DNA from: an uncultured Actinomycetota bacterium
Lineage (GTDB): Bacteria > Actinomycetota > Acidimicrobiia > Acidimicrobiales > Bog-793
NCBI GenBank assembly: GCA_963735115.1
Contig: CAVTJR010000003.1
Span: 1,096,641-1,160,640, forward strand
Reading direction: 5' to 3'
Length of the DNA stretch: 64,000 nucleotides
Both the position numbers and the translations under genes were made by a program. Within the stretch, counting starts at the first letter, position 1. Each line of letters opens with the position of its first letter. Positions 34,057 through 42,909 of the stretch are shown piece after piece. The notes beneath the pieces are model-generated. The model was not told the DNA's origin and did not search any database. It saw nothing but the letters and a program-made list of their open reading frames with translations.

Positions 34057-34548
34057 ATGCCGCAAGAGGGATATCGCGGTCCGCAGGTCTGCAAGATCGT
34101 CGGCATCACCTATCGTCAGCTCGACCATTGGGATCGCACCGGTCTCAAGTCACCCTCGCTCGAGCAGGCGAAGGGAAGCGGCACTCAGCGGCTCTACTCC
34201 TACCAGGACGTCGTCGAGCTGCGGATCATCAAGCAGCTGCTGGATGCAGGCGTCACGTTGCAGCGGGCGCGCAAGGCCATCGACTTCCTGCGTGAGTCCG
34301 GTGACGACCTCGCCAGCGCCAGCCTCGTACTGGGGGCTGCCGGCTCGGTGCTCGTTCGCGATGACGAGGAGCTGCTCGACCTGCTCCGGGGTGGTCAGCG
34401 TGTCTTCAACGTCGTGGCTCTCTCCGGCGTGAAGGGGGACGTGGACTCGGCCATCGTGCAGATCGTCGGCGACACCTCCTCGGGTGACGTCCACGCCAGC
34501 GCCAAAGAGTCGGCACCACCGCCTGCCCGCCCGGCGAACCTCGCCTAG
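34057..34548 (+). CDS. MerR-family transcriptional regulator
   Basis: YRGPQVCKIVGITYRQLDHWDRTGL..RLYSYQDVVELRIIKQL. The track ORF starts earlier (33901), but the HTH begins right after ATG 34057. Confidence 0.8.
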   Translation: MPQEGYRGPQVCKIVGITYRQLDHWDRTGLKSPSLEQAKGSGTQRLYSYQDVVELRIIKQLLDAGVTLQRARKAIDFLRESGDDLASASLVLGAAGSVLVRDDEELLDLLRGGQRVFNVVALSGVKGDVDSAIVQIVGDTSSGDVHASAKESAPPPARPANLA

Positions 34549-34739
34549 GAAGTCAGACGATCGCTCGGCACCCGCTCCGCTTCGGACCGCATCGGCACGA
34601 TCGCCGCTGGGGCGTTGCGCCGGTTCCGCTGCGGCCGCCGGCGCCACGTGCGGTTCGATTCGCCCACGAGTCCGAGCGCCTTTTTGCCGAGCTCCTTGAC
34701 TTCTACGAAGTCGCCTGGGAGTACGAGCCCGTCGAGTTC

Positions 34740-34985
34740 GTGCTCGCCTGGCGTCCGGACGGGTCGCCGCTGCAGGCGTTCCGGCCGGACTTCTACCTGC
34801 CCGAGCACGGCATCTTCTTGGAGCTCACGACACTGCGTCAGGATCTCGTGACGGTCAAGAACCGCAAGGTACGTCAGCTCACCGAGCTGTACCCGGACGT
34901 TCAGGTCAAGATGCTCTACCGCCGCGACATCGTGGCCCTCATCGCGAAATACCGCCTCGACTCCACGTCGAGATTGGCCGGGTGA
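34740..34985 (+). CDS. small conserved-looking hypothetical protein; start unresolved
   Basis: GTG 34740 is the first canonical start, but the protein-like frame (RFAHESERLFAELLDFYEVAWEYEPVEF) continues upstream. Stop overlaps a GTG (GTGA) as in translational coupling. Confidence 0.4.
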   Translation: MLAWRPDGSPLQAFRPDFYLPEHGIFLELTTLRQDLVTVKNRKVRQLTELYPDVQVKMLYRRDIVALIAKYRLDSTSRLAG

Positions 34986-35021
34986 ACGACACGCCTAGAT
35001 TGGCCGGGTGAACGACACGCC
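34971..35021 (+). repeat. perfect 25-nt tandem duplication (period 26) of the gcvT start region
   Basis: agattggccgggtgaacgacacgcc occurs at 34971-34995 and again at 34997-35021. Each copy carries the GTGA stop/start junction. Confidence 0.85.
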
Positions 35022-36118
35022 CGACGCCGCAGGCTCCGGCGGCAGCCCAGGTCTTCGGAATTCGCCTCTTCGAAGCGAGCACGAGGCGCTCGGCGCCCGC
35101 CTCGTCGACTTCGGAGGGTGGGAGATGCCGCTCTCCTACCCGAGCGGGACGATCGCCGAGCACCTGGCCTGTCGACACGCGGCCGCCTGCTTCGACGTCA
35201 GCCACCTCGGCACCGTGCGCGTCACCGGCGAAGCGGCGCTCTCGCTGTTGCAGGCCAACCTGACGAACGATCTCACCAAGGTCGCACCGGGGCGAGCGCA
35301 ATACACCCACCTGCTCGATCCGGAGGATGCTTCGGTGCTCGACGACATCATCGTGTGGTGGGTGTCGCCGGAGCGTTTTGACGTCATGCCGAACGCCTCC
35401 AACACCGAGCGCGTCCGTGCCGCCATCGGAGGCAACGACGTCACGGCCGAGCGCGCCATCATCGCCGTGCAGGGCCCGACCGCCCGGGCCGTGCTGGCCT
35501 CGGTGGCGCCGGAGGCGGCGGCGGTCGGTCACTTCCACGTCACGCCGTTCACCTGGGGCGGCGTCGATTGCATCGCCGCCGGCACCGGCTACACAGGGGA
35601 GGACGGCGTCGAAGTGGCCGTTCCAGCGGCCCAGGCGGCTGAGTTTTGGCGCGCCGTTCTGGCTGCGGGCGCCCAGCCGGCCGGTCTCGGCGCCCGCGAC
35701 ACGCTTCGCCTCGAAGCCGGGCTGCCCCTCCACGGGCACGAGCTCGGACCGGGCATCACCCCGCTGCAGGCAGGGCTCGGGTGGGTCGTCGGTTGGAACA
35801 AGGGACCCTTCCGGGGGCGCCAGCCCCTCGAGGCGGAACGGGCGGCCGGGCCGCGCCGGCTGTTGAAGGGCCTCCTCACCTCGGGCCGCCGCCCGCCACG
35901 GGCCGGTGACCGAGTCGTCGTCGGCGACAACCTAAGCGGGGAGGTCACGAGCGGCAACTACTCTCCGGTGCTCGAGCGCGGCATCGCGCTCGGCATTCCT
36001 GCCACCGGCTACCCCGGAAGGACACATGGTCGAGATCGAGATCAGAGGAACGCCGGTGACGGCGGAGGTTGTGCGCCCACCGTTCCACAAGCTTGCCACC
36101 GGCTCGAAGGCGTCATGA
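35008..36118 (+). pseudogene. gcvT: glycine cleavage aminomethyltransferase GcvT with an apparent +1 frameshift near 35995
   Basis: The frame from 35008 matches GcvT up to ..SPVLERGIALG. The canonical C-terminus FLPPATPEGHMVEIEIRGTPVTAEVVRPPFHKL..* is in the +1 frame (35996-36118). Its TGA overlaps the gcvPA ATG. Confidence 0.8.
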
Positions 36119-37473
36119 GCGCACCCTTTGTTCCCCATACCGACGGCGAGATCTCCGAGATGCTCGCCTTTCTCGGCCTCTCCAGCTTGGACGAGCTCTT
36201 TGCCAGTGTGCCGGCGGCCATACGGCTCGCGGGAGGACTGGACCTTCCCGACCAGTGGAGCGAAGCGGACCTGCGCGACCGCCTGGAGGATCTGGCCGCG
36301 AACAACAGACCGGTGGGCCGCCAGCTCGTGTGCTTCGCCGGCGCCGGTGCCTACGACCACGAGATCCCCGCCGTCGTGCGCGCCCTCGCCTCCCGCTCGG
36401 AATTCGTCACGGCCTACACGCCGTACCAGCCCGAGGTCGCCCAGGGCGTCCTGCAGGCACTCTTCGAGTACCAGACGATGGTTGCGAGACTGACCGGGCT
36501 CGAGATCGCCAACGCCTCGCTCTACGACGGCGCCGCCGCCCTCGTGGAGGGTGTCAACATGGCGGTGGCGCACACCGGTCACTCGAGCGTCCTCGTGTCC
36601 GACGGCGTCAACCCACGCTGGCGCCAGCAGCTGCAGACGTTCTCCCGTGGTCCTGGCCACGAGATCGCTCGTGTGCCCCTTGTCGGCGGCGTGACCGACT
36701 GGGAGCACGCTGCCGCCGCCACGGCCGACCGTGTCGGAGCTGTCGTCGTGGCCACGCCCAACTACCTCGGCTGCCTGGAGGACCTCTCCGCCGCCCAGCA
36801 GGTGTCCCACCGCCTCGGCGCCGGTCTCGTCGTCTGCTTCGACCCGGTCGCAGCCGGCGTCCTCAAGACGCCCGGTTCGCTCGGCGCCGACATCGTCGTG
36901 GGGGAGGGCCAGGCCTTCGGCACCCCACTCAGCTTCGGCGGCCCTTACCTCGGCTTGTTCGCCTGCCGCCTCGAGGACGTCCGCCGCCTGCCGGGTCGGC
37001 TCGTGGGAGAGACCGTGGACGTCGAGGGGCGCACCGCCTACGTCACCACCCTGCGGGCGCGCGAGCAGGACATCCGGCGTGAGCGAGCCTCGTCGAACGT
37101 CTGTACGAATCAGACCCTCATGGCGGTGACGGCGGCCATCCAGCTCGGATGGCTGGGCACGGCGGGCCTCGTCGAGGTGGCAACCCGATCCGCCCGGGCG
37201 GCCCGCTACTGCCGGGAGGCCCTGCTGGCCCTCGATGGTGTCGAGCCCGCCGCCCCAGCCCCCGTGTTGCGTGAGTTCGCCCTGCGCACGCCGCTCGAAC
37301 CTCAGTTGCTGATCGAGCGGCTGTTGGAGGAAGGTTTCTTGGCGGGCACCCCCGTGGAGGAGGGGTTCGTCGGGACCGACTACGCCGGGTCGCTCCTTGT
37401 GGCAACGACCGAGCGGCGTACGCGTGCCGAGATTGACGCCTTCGCGGCCGCCTTCGACAAGGCCGTGCGATGA
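36115..37473 (+). CDS. gcvPA: glycine dehydrogenase (decarboxylating) subunit 1
   Basis: MSAPFVPHTDGEISEMLAFLGLSSLDELF, YTPYQPEVAQG. The track shows it merged with gcvT only because of the frameshift. Confidence 0.9.
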   Translation: MSAPFVPHTDGEISEMLAFLGLSSLDELFASVPAAIRLAGGLDLPDQWSEADLRDRLEDLAANNRPVGRQLVCFAGAGAYDHEIPAVVRALASRSEFVTAYTPYQPEVAQGVLQALFEYQTMVARLTGLEIANASLYDGAAALVEGVNMAVAHTGHSSVLVSDGVNPRWRQQLQTFSRGPGHEIARVPLVGGVTDWEHAAAATADRVGAVVVATPNYLGCLEDLSAAQQVSHRLGAGLVVCFDPVAAGVLKTPGSLGADIVVGEGQAFGTPLSFGGPYLGLFACRLEDVRRLPGRLVGETVDVEGRTAYVTTLRAREQDIRRERASSNVCTNQTLMAVTAAIQLGWLGTAGLVEVATRSARAARYCREALLALDGVEPAAPAPVLREFALRTPLEPQLLIERLLEEGFLAGTPVEEGFVGTDYAGSLLVATTERRTRAEIDAFAAAFDKAVR

Positions 37474-38990
37474 GCGCCGCAGGCGGTCGCGCCACCAGCG
37501 CTCCCCTCATGGGCAGGGCGAGCGAGCCTTCGCTCTTCGAGCTCGGCGAGCAGGGGCGGCGGTCGGCCTCGTTCCGCACGAACGGTCTACCCGAGTGGTC
37601 GATCTCAGAGCTCGTGCCGGAGCGATTCCGGGCGGCCGAGCCGGTGGCGCTCGCCGAGGTGGCCGAGCGCGACCTTGTCGCCCACTTCACGCGCCTCACG
37701 CATCGCCAGTACTCAGTCGACCTGGGCGCCTACCCGCTCGGGTCGTGCACCATGAAGTACAACCCGAAGTCCTGCGATGCGGCCGCCGCCATGCCGGGCT
37801 TCGCCGAGGTGCACCCGGGCTCTCCGCCCTCCATCATCCAGGGCTGGCTCGAGGTCCTTGTCGAGCTCGAAGAAGCCCTCTGCGCCATCACAGGCATGGC
37901 GGCGGCGACGCTGCAGCCGGCAGCCGGCGCAGCCGGTGAGCTGACCGGCCTCCTGCTCATGCGGGCATATCACGACGCCCACGGTGAGCACCGCCCCCGC
38001 GTCATCATCCCCGACTCCGCCCACGGCACGAACCCCGCCTCCGTCGCCCTCTCGGGCTACGAGGTCGTCACGGTCGGCACGAACGCCCGCGGAGGAGTGG
38101 ATCTCGATCACCTGCGGGAGGTGCTCGACACCGACGTCGCCGGCATGATGCTCACGAACCCGAACACCCTAGGGCTCTTCGAGGAGGACATCGTCGAAGT
38201 CACGAACGCCGTACACGACGTCGGGGGCCTCATGTACTACGACGGCGCCAACCTGAATGCCATTCTCGGCGTGGTGCGGCCGGGGGACATGGGCTTCGAC
38301 ATCGTGCACTTGAACGTGCACAAGACCTTCGCAACCCCCCACGGGGGCGGAGGGCCTGGCGCCGGCCCCGTGGCCGTCAACGAGCACCTGACGGACTTCC
38401 TGCCCGGCCCAAAGCCGGTGCGCCTGCCCGACGGGCACTTCGGCTTCGAGACGCCGCCCCGTTCGATCGGGCGGCTGCACTCCTGGCACGGGAACGCTCT
38501 CGTGTTGTTGCGCGCCTGGGCGTACCTCCGCTTGAACGGGGCGGACGGTTTGCGGGGCGTGGCCGAGGCGGCCGTGCTGAACGCCAACTGGTTGAAGGAG
38601 CGCTTGCGGGGCGTCTATGAGATCCCCTTCGACCGACCCGTCATGCACGAGTGCGTCCTCTCGGCAGAGACGCTCGAGAAGGAGACCGGTCTGCGCGCCC
38701 TCGACGTCGCAAAACGCCTCCTCGAGCTCGGCTTCCATGCTCCCACGGTGTACTTCCCGCTCATCGTGCACGAGGCGCTCATGATCGAGCCGACCGAGAC
38801 CGAGAGCCCGCAGACCGTGGCGGCGCTCGCCGAGGCCCTCGAGCTCATCGCCACAGAAGCGCGAGCAGCCGGCTCGGCAGAGCAGGCGAAGGCCGCACCG
38901 CGCACGACGCCCGTGGGTCGGGTGGACGAGACGCGGGCGGCTCGCCACCTCGTCGCCACCTTCGACCAGCGCGGCGACGTCGCCGATTGA
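37470..38990 (+). CDS. gcvPB: glycine dehydrogenase (decarboxylating) subunit 2
   Basis: SAHGTNPAS and PLP-lysine region HLNVHKTFATPHGGGGPG. ATGA overlap with gcvPA. Confidence 0.9.
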   Translation: MSAAGGRATSAPLMGRASEPSLFELGEQGRRSASFRTNGLPEWSISELVPERFRAAEPVALAEVAERDLVAHFTRLTHRQYSVDLGAYPLGSCTMKYNPKSCDAAAAMPGFAEVHPGSPPSIIQGWLEVLVELEEALCAITGMAAATLQPAAGAAGELTGLLLMRAYHDAHGEHRPRVIIPDSAHGTNPASVALSGYEVVTVGTNARGGVDLDHLREVLDTDVAGMMLTNPNTLGLFEEDIVEVTNAVHDVGGLMYYDGANLNAILGVVRPGDMGFDIVHLNVHKTFATPHGGGGPGAGPVAVNEHLTDFLPGPKPVRLPDGHFGFETPPRSIGRLHSWHGNALVLLRAWAYLRLNGADGLRGVAEAAVLNANWLKERLRGVYEIPFDRPVMHECVLSAETLEKETGLRALDVAKRLLELGFHAPTVYFPLIVHEALMIEPTETESPQTVAALAEALELIATEARAAGSAEQAKAAPRTTPVGRVDETRAARHLVATFDQRGDVAD

Positions 38991-39044
38991 CCACCGTGGC
39001 GCCTGTGAGGACCACCGCCGCCCGGCGAGCCCTAGCCTGGTGAC

Positions 39045-39518
39045 ATGAAGAGCGGCTGGTGGTCGCCGCGGGCGATCACCCTGCACATCGCCCTCGTCGT
39101 GGTGGTGCCCGTGTTCCTCACCCTGGGCGCCTGGCAGCTGAGTCGCGCCTTGCACGGCAACTTGTTGAGTTGGGCCTACACCTTCGAGTGGCCCTTCTTC
39201 GCCCTCTACGCCACCTGGATGTGGTGGAAGCTCGTGCACGAGGAGGTGGCCGAGCGGGCCGAGGCGGTTCGCAAGGCGCCGGAGGCAGCTGTCGACGACG
39301 TTTCGGCCGCCAGCGGCGACAGTGCTTCCACCAGCGGCGACGGTGCTTCCGCCAGCGTCGGCGGCTCGGTCTCCAGCGACGATGCTGCCGAGTCGGCGCA
39401 GGCGAGGGAGCCGGCTCTGCCGGCGACCGACTGGGACCCCTACGACGAGGCGGACCCGGAGCTGGCCGCCTACAACCGTTACCTCGCCAGCTTGCACACC
39501 GAGCAGCGAAAGCGCTGA
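39045..39518 (+). CDS. hypothetical membrane protein
   Basis: Two N-terminal TM segments and an acidic/Ser-rich tail with a 21-bp in-frame repeat (SGDSAST/SGDGASA). Confidence 0.55.
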   Translation: MKSGWWSPRAITLHIALVVVVPVFLTLGAWQLSRALHGNLLSWAYTFEWPFFALYATWMWWKLVHEEVAERAEAVRKAPEAAVDDVSAASGDSASTSGDGASASVGGSVSSDDAAESAQAREPALPATDWDPYDEADPELAAYNRYLASLHTEQRKR

Positions 39519-39526
39519 TCGCCCCG

Positions 39527-39856
39527 GTGCCTGGGGATCTGCGAGCAGCGCTTCGCCGCTACCAGGTCATGTCCATCGTGGTCGGAGTGATGCTCCTCGT
39601 CCTCGTCGGAGTGGCGATGCCACTGCAGTACGTCGGCCACAGGCCGGCCATGGCGAACGTCGTCTCGGTCGTGCACGGGCTGCTGTACATCGTCTACCTG
39701 CTGACGGCTGCCGACCTCGGGCGGCGAGCACGCTTCTCCCTTCCGCAGTTAGTGGCGGTCGTGTGTGCGGGTTTCCTGCCGTTTCTCGCCTTCTACGTCG
39801 AGTGGCGCACGACGCGACGCCTGCAATCGCTTTTCACAGCAGAGGCGCAGGGTTAA
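39527..39856 (+). CDS. DUF3817-like small membrane protein
   Basis: ALRRYQVMSIVVGVMLLVLV..VHGLLYIVYL..CAGFLPFLAFYVEWR. GTG 39527 chosen within the longer shadow ORF. Confidence 0.6.
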   Translation: MPGDLRAALRRYQVMSIVVGVMLLVLVGVAMPLQYVGHRPAMANVVSVVHGLLYIVYLLTAADLGRRARFSLPQLVAVVCAGFLPFLAFYVEWRTTRRLQSLFTAEAQG

Positions 39857-39877
39857 CGGTCCAGTAAGAATGACGGC

Positions 39878-40942
39878 GTGAAGCTCCCTGTCATGCCGCC
39901 GGTGGCGCCGATGCTCGCCAAGTCGGTCGCCGACATCCCCTCCACCGGATCGTTCGAACCGAAGTGGGATGGCTTTCGCGCCATCATCTTCCGCCACGGG
40001 GACGAGATCGAGATCGGCAGCCGCAACGAGAAGCCGATGACGCGCTACTTCCCGGAGCTCGTCGCCGCCTTCAAGGCCGAGTTGCCGGAGCGCTGCGTCG
40101 TCGACGGCGAGATCGTCATCGCCACGGACGACGGTCTCGACTTCGAAGCCCTCCAGCAGCGCATTCACCCTGCGGTCTCGCGGGTGAACCTGCTCGCCGA
40201 GCAGACTCCGGCCTCGTTCATCGCGTTCGACCTGCTCGCCCTCGACGACGACGACCTCATGAGGACGCCCTTCGCCACCCGCCGTGAGCTGCTCGAGGCC
40301 GCGCTGGCGAGCTCGCGGCCACCGGTGCACGTCACGCCGGCCACGAGGGATCGTGAGCTGGCGCTGCGATGGTTCTCGGAGTTCGAGGGGGCCGGTCTGG
40401 ACGGGATCGTCGCCAAGCCGCTCGAGGGCACCTACCAGCCCGACAAGCGCGTCATGTTCAAGATCAAGCACGAGCGCACGGCCGACTGTGTCGTCGCCGG
40501 CTACCGCCTGCACAAGTCCGGGCCGGACGCGATCGGCTCCCTCCTGCTCGGCCTCTACAACGAGGAGGGCACGCTCGCCTCCGTGGGCGTCATCGGGGCC
40601 TTTCCCATGGAGCGCCGCCACGAGCTCTTCAACGAGCTGCAGAGGTTGGTGACGACATTCGACCAGCACCCATGGAACTGGGCGGAGGTGCCGGAGGCGA
40701 GCCGGACCCCACGCTCGGGCGAGACCTCACGATGGAACGCCGGCAAGGACCTCTCCTTCACGCCCTTGCGGCCCGAGCGGGTGGTCGAGGTGCGCTATGA
40801 CCACATGGAAGGCACCCGCTTTCGCCACACGGCGCAGTTCTCGCGTTGGCGACCGGATCGCACACCGGAGTCCTGCACGTTCGAGCAGCTGGATCGCCCC
40901 GTCACCTTCGACCTCGACGACATCGTCCCGGGACTCGCCTGA
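39878..40942 (+). CDS. ATP-dependent DNA ligase (LigC-type, catalytic core only)
   Basis: MKLPVMPPVAPMLAK, motif I KWDGFRA, GLDGIVAKP, and an OB-fold C-terminus. Confidence 0.9.
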   Translation: MKLPVMPPVAPMLAKSVADIPSTGSFEPKWDGFRAIIFRHGDEIEIGSRNEKPMTRYFPELVAAFKAELPERCVVDGEIVIATDDGLDFEALQQRIHPAVSRVNLLAEQTPASFIAFDLLALDDDDLMRTPFATRRELLEAALASSRPPVHVTPATRDRELALRWFSEFEGAGLDGIVAKPLEGTYQPDKRVMFKIKHERTADCVVAGYRLHKSGPDAIGSLLLGLYNEEGTLASVGVIGAFPMERRHELFNELQRLVTTFDQHPWNWAEVPEASRTPRSGETSRWNAGKDLSFTPLRPERVVEVRYDHMEGTRFRHTAQFSRWRPDRTPESCTFEQLDRPVTFDLDDIVPGLA

Positions 40943-40991
40943 AGCGACCGTCCGCACCGTCCCGACGGCTCGGGGCGGCCTTCGTCTCGGC

Positions 40992-41762
40992 CTAGGCGGG
41001 GGCGCGGTTCACGAGGTGCACCCGCGCCTGATCGCGCGGGCGGATGACGAGCTGGTCGATGTCGACATGGCTCGGTCTCGTGACGATGAAGGCGATGCAG
41101 TCGGCGATGTCCTCAGCCGTCAGCGGTGTCACGCCCCGGTAAACGGCCTCCGCCCGCTCGCTGTCGCCGGCGAAGCGCACGAGTGAGAAGTCGGTCTGCA
41201 CCATGCCGGGGTCGATCTCGCTCACCCGCACGGGCTTGCCCAGCAGCTCCATGCGCAGCACGTCGCTGATGGCGCGCACGCCCGCCTTGGCGGCGTTGTA
41301 GCCGGCCCCGCCCACGTAGGGCTCGAAGGCGGCGACGGAGCCGACGTTGAGGATGAAGCCGTCGCCGGAGGCGATGAGGGCGGGCAGGAGCGCCTTTGTC
41401 ATACGAAGCGTGCCGAGCACGTTCGAGTCGTACATCTGCTGCCACTTCGCCTCGTCCGCCTCGGCGATGGCATCGAGCCCGAGGGCGCCGCCGGCATTGT
41501 TGACGAGGAGACGACAGTCGCCGACGGCTTCGCAGAAGTGGGCGACGGACGCCGGCACGGTCACATCGAGTGGGAGCGCACGAGCCGGCGGGCCGAGCTC
41601 GGCCGCGATTGCCTCAGTGGCGTCGAGGCGGCGGGCGCCGAGCACGACGGCAAAGCCGGCGCCGGCAAGGGCGCGGGCGGCGGCGGCGCCGATGCCGCTC
41701 GAGGCGCCAGTGACGACGGCCGTCCCCCGGCCGCTTCCTTCGCGAGAACTCGCCCCAGACAC
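40992..41762 (-). CDS. short-chain dehydrogenase/reductase
   Basis: VVTGASSGIGAAAA, NNAG, YNAAK. Confidence 0.9.
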   Translation of the reverse strand: MSGASSREGSGRGTAVVTGASSGIGAAAARALAGAGFAVVLGARRLDATEAIAAELGPPARALPLDVTVPASVAHFCEAVGDCRLLVNNAGGALGLDAIAEADEAKWQQMYDSNVLGTLRMTKALLPALIASGDGFILNVGSVAAFEPYVGGAGYNAAKAGVRAISDVLRMELLGKPVRVSEIDPGMVQTDFSLVRFAGDSERAEAVYRGVTPLTAEDIADCIAFIVTRPSHVDIDQLVIRPRDQARVHLVNRAPA

Positions 41763-41765
41763 TCG

Positions 41766-42797
41766 TCAGACGTCGGGTTCGAACCCCGCGTCAGCTCCGT
41801 TCTCGCCCTCCTCAGCGGGTTGGCCGCGTCCCTCGAGCCAGCTCGAGACCTTGTCGAAAGCGGTGGCGACACCATTTCCCGTCCGCTCCACGAAGGATGA
41901 GAAACGCTGCCGGTAGTGGACGAAAGCAGCATCGAACTCCGCCGAGGGGGGAGGCTCCTGACCGCGATGGACGTAGACGCCCGACCGGATGCGGTCGTAG
42001 TCGCCGGACGCCACCCAATCGATCAGCTCTCTCACCCGGCGCACTGGGTAGGGGTGGGCTGCAGTGATCTCGCTCCAGAAGCGCTGGTAACGGGCGAAGG
42101 GGCTCGGCTCTTCGAGGTACTCGGTCGCCTGACGGATGAAGGCGTCGAGGTTGAGGTCCTTCACGGGGCCGCCGGCGATGCGCATGAGAGTCCGGCAGGG
42201 GAGGAGGGGATCTCCCGTGACGAGGGCGCTCGCCCGGTCTGCGGTCAGCTCGGCCATGCGGTGCCACTCGAGCAAGGCGTAGTAGAGCGCCCGCAGCGGC
42301 AGGCCGATGAGGAACTGCCCGCGGAGGACGCCGGTGAGAATGCGTTTTGTCAGCTCCAGCTGCGTCGTGAGTCCGACGTGGTCGGCGAGCACGTGGCCCA
42401 TCTCGTGGGCGAGCACCGAGCGGACCTCGTCCTCGTCGAAGGACGCGATGAGCCCGGAGGCCACGAGGGTGACCGGTTCGTGGGTGCCGATCGTCGTTGC
42501 CTGCCCGACCGGCTGTTGGGTGACATAGAGGGGGGGACACCGCTCGATGTCGAGCGTGTTGGCGCATTGCCGCTGTATCGCCCAGGCCGACGGCATCTGA
42601 TCCTCGCCGAGGCGGACGGCGTTGCCTAACAAGAGCTGGCGGAAGTTGCTCTCGAATTGGAACTCGGAGAGCTTCTTCACCACCTTGTCGAGGATCGGTA
42701 TCGAGTGCAACGCTGCCGCCGCCGCTCGGTCGGCCGGGTGGGCGAAGGCCTGCGCGCTGATCTCGGGGTATCTGACGGCCGGCTCGATCGTGGTCAT
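41766..42797 (-). CDS. M48-family zinc metallopeptidase
   Basis: HEMGHV (HExxH). ATG 42797 preceded by AAGGAGG. Confidence 0.8.
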   Translation of the reverse strand: MTTIEPAVRYPEISAQAFAHPADRAAAAALHSIPILDKVVKKLSEFQFESNFRQLLLGNAVRLGEDQMPSAWAIQRQCANTLDIERCPPLYVTQQPVGQATTIGTHEPVTLVASGLIASFDEDEVRSVLAHEMGHVLADHVGLTTQLELTKRILTGVLRGQFLIGLPLRALYYALLEWHRMAELTADRASALVTGDPLLPCRTLMRIAGGPVKDLNLDAFIRQATEYLEEPSPFARYQRFWSEITAAHPYPVRRVRELIDWVASGDYDRIRSGVYVHRGQEPPPSAEFDAAFVHYRQRFSSFVERTGNGVATAFDKVSSWLEGRGQPAEEGENGADAGFEPDV

Positions 42798-42909
42798 GGC
42801 GGCCTCCTTGTGTCGCGGGTCCCTGTCTAGTTCACGCCGCACCGTTATGCGGCGCGTGGGGAGCGAGGCGGCGGATCCGCCCACGAGGTGAGCGCCGCTT
42901 AGCCCTCGA

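Noticed and set aside
35008-37473. 821-aa ORF that looks like a natural GcvT-GcvPA fusion protein
   Set aside because: The about 40 residues linking the two parts are nonsense, whereas the +1 frame encodes the canonical GcvT C-terminus and a stop overlapping the gcvPA ATG. This is a frameshift artefact or pseudogene, not a fusion.
41766-41790. Perfect palindrome GGGTTCGAACCC (T-loop-like) at the M48/SDR gene junction
   Set aside because: It lies inside the last codons of the M48 peptidase gene (..GFEPDV*), and no tRNA-like structure surrounds it.
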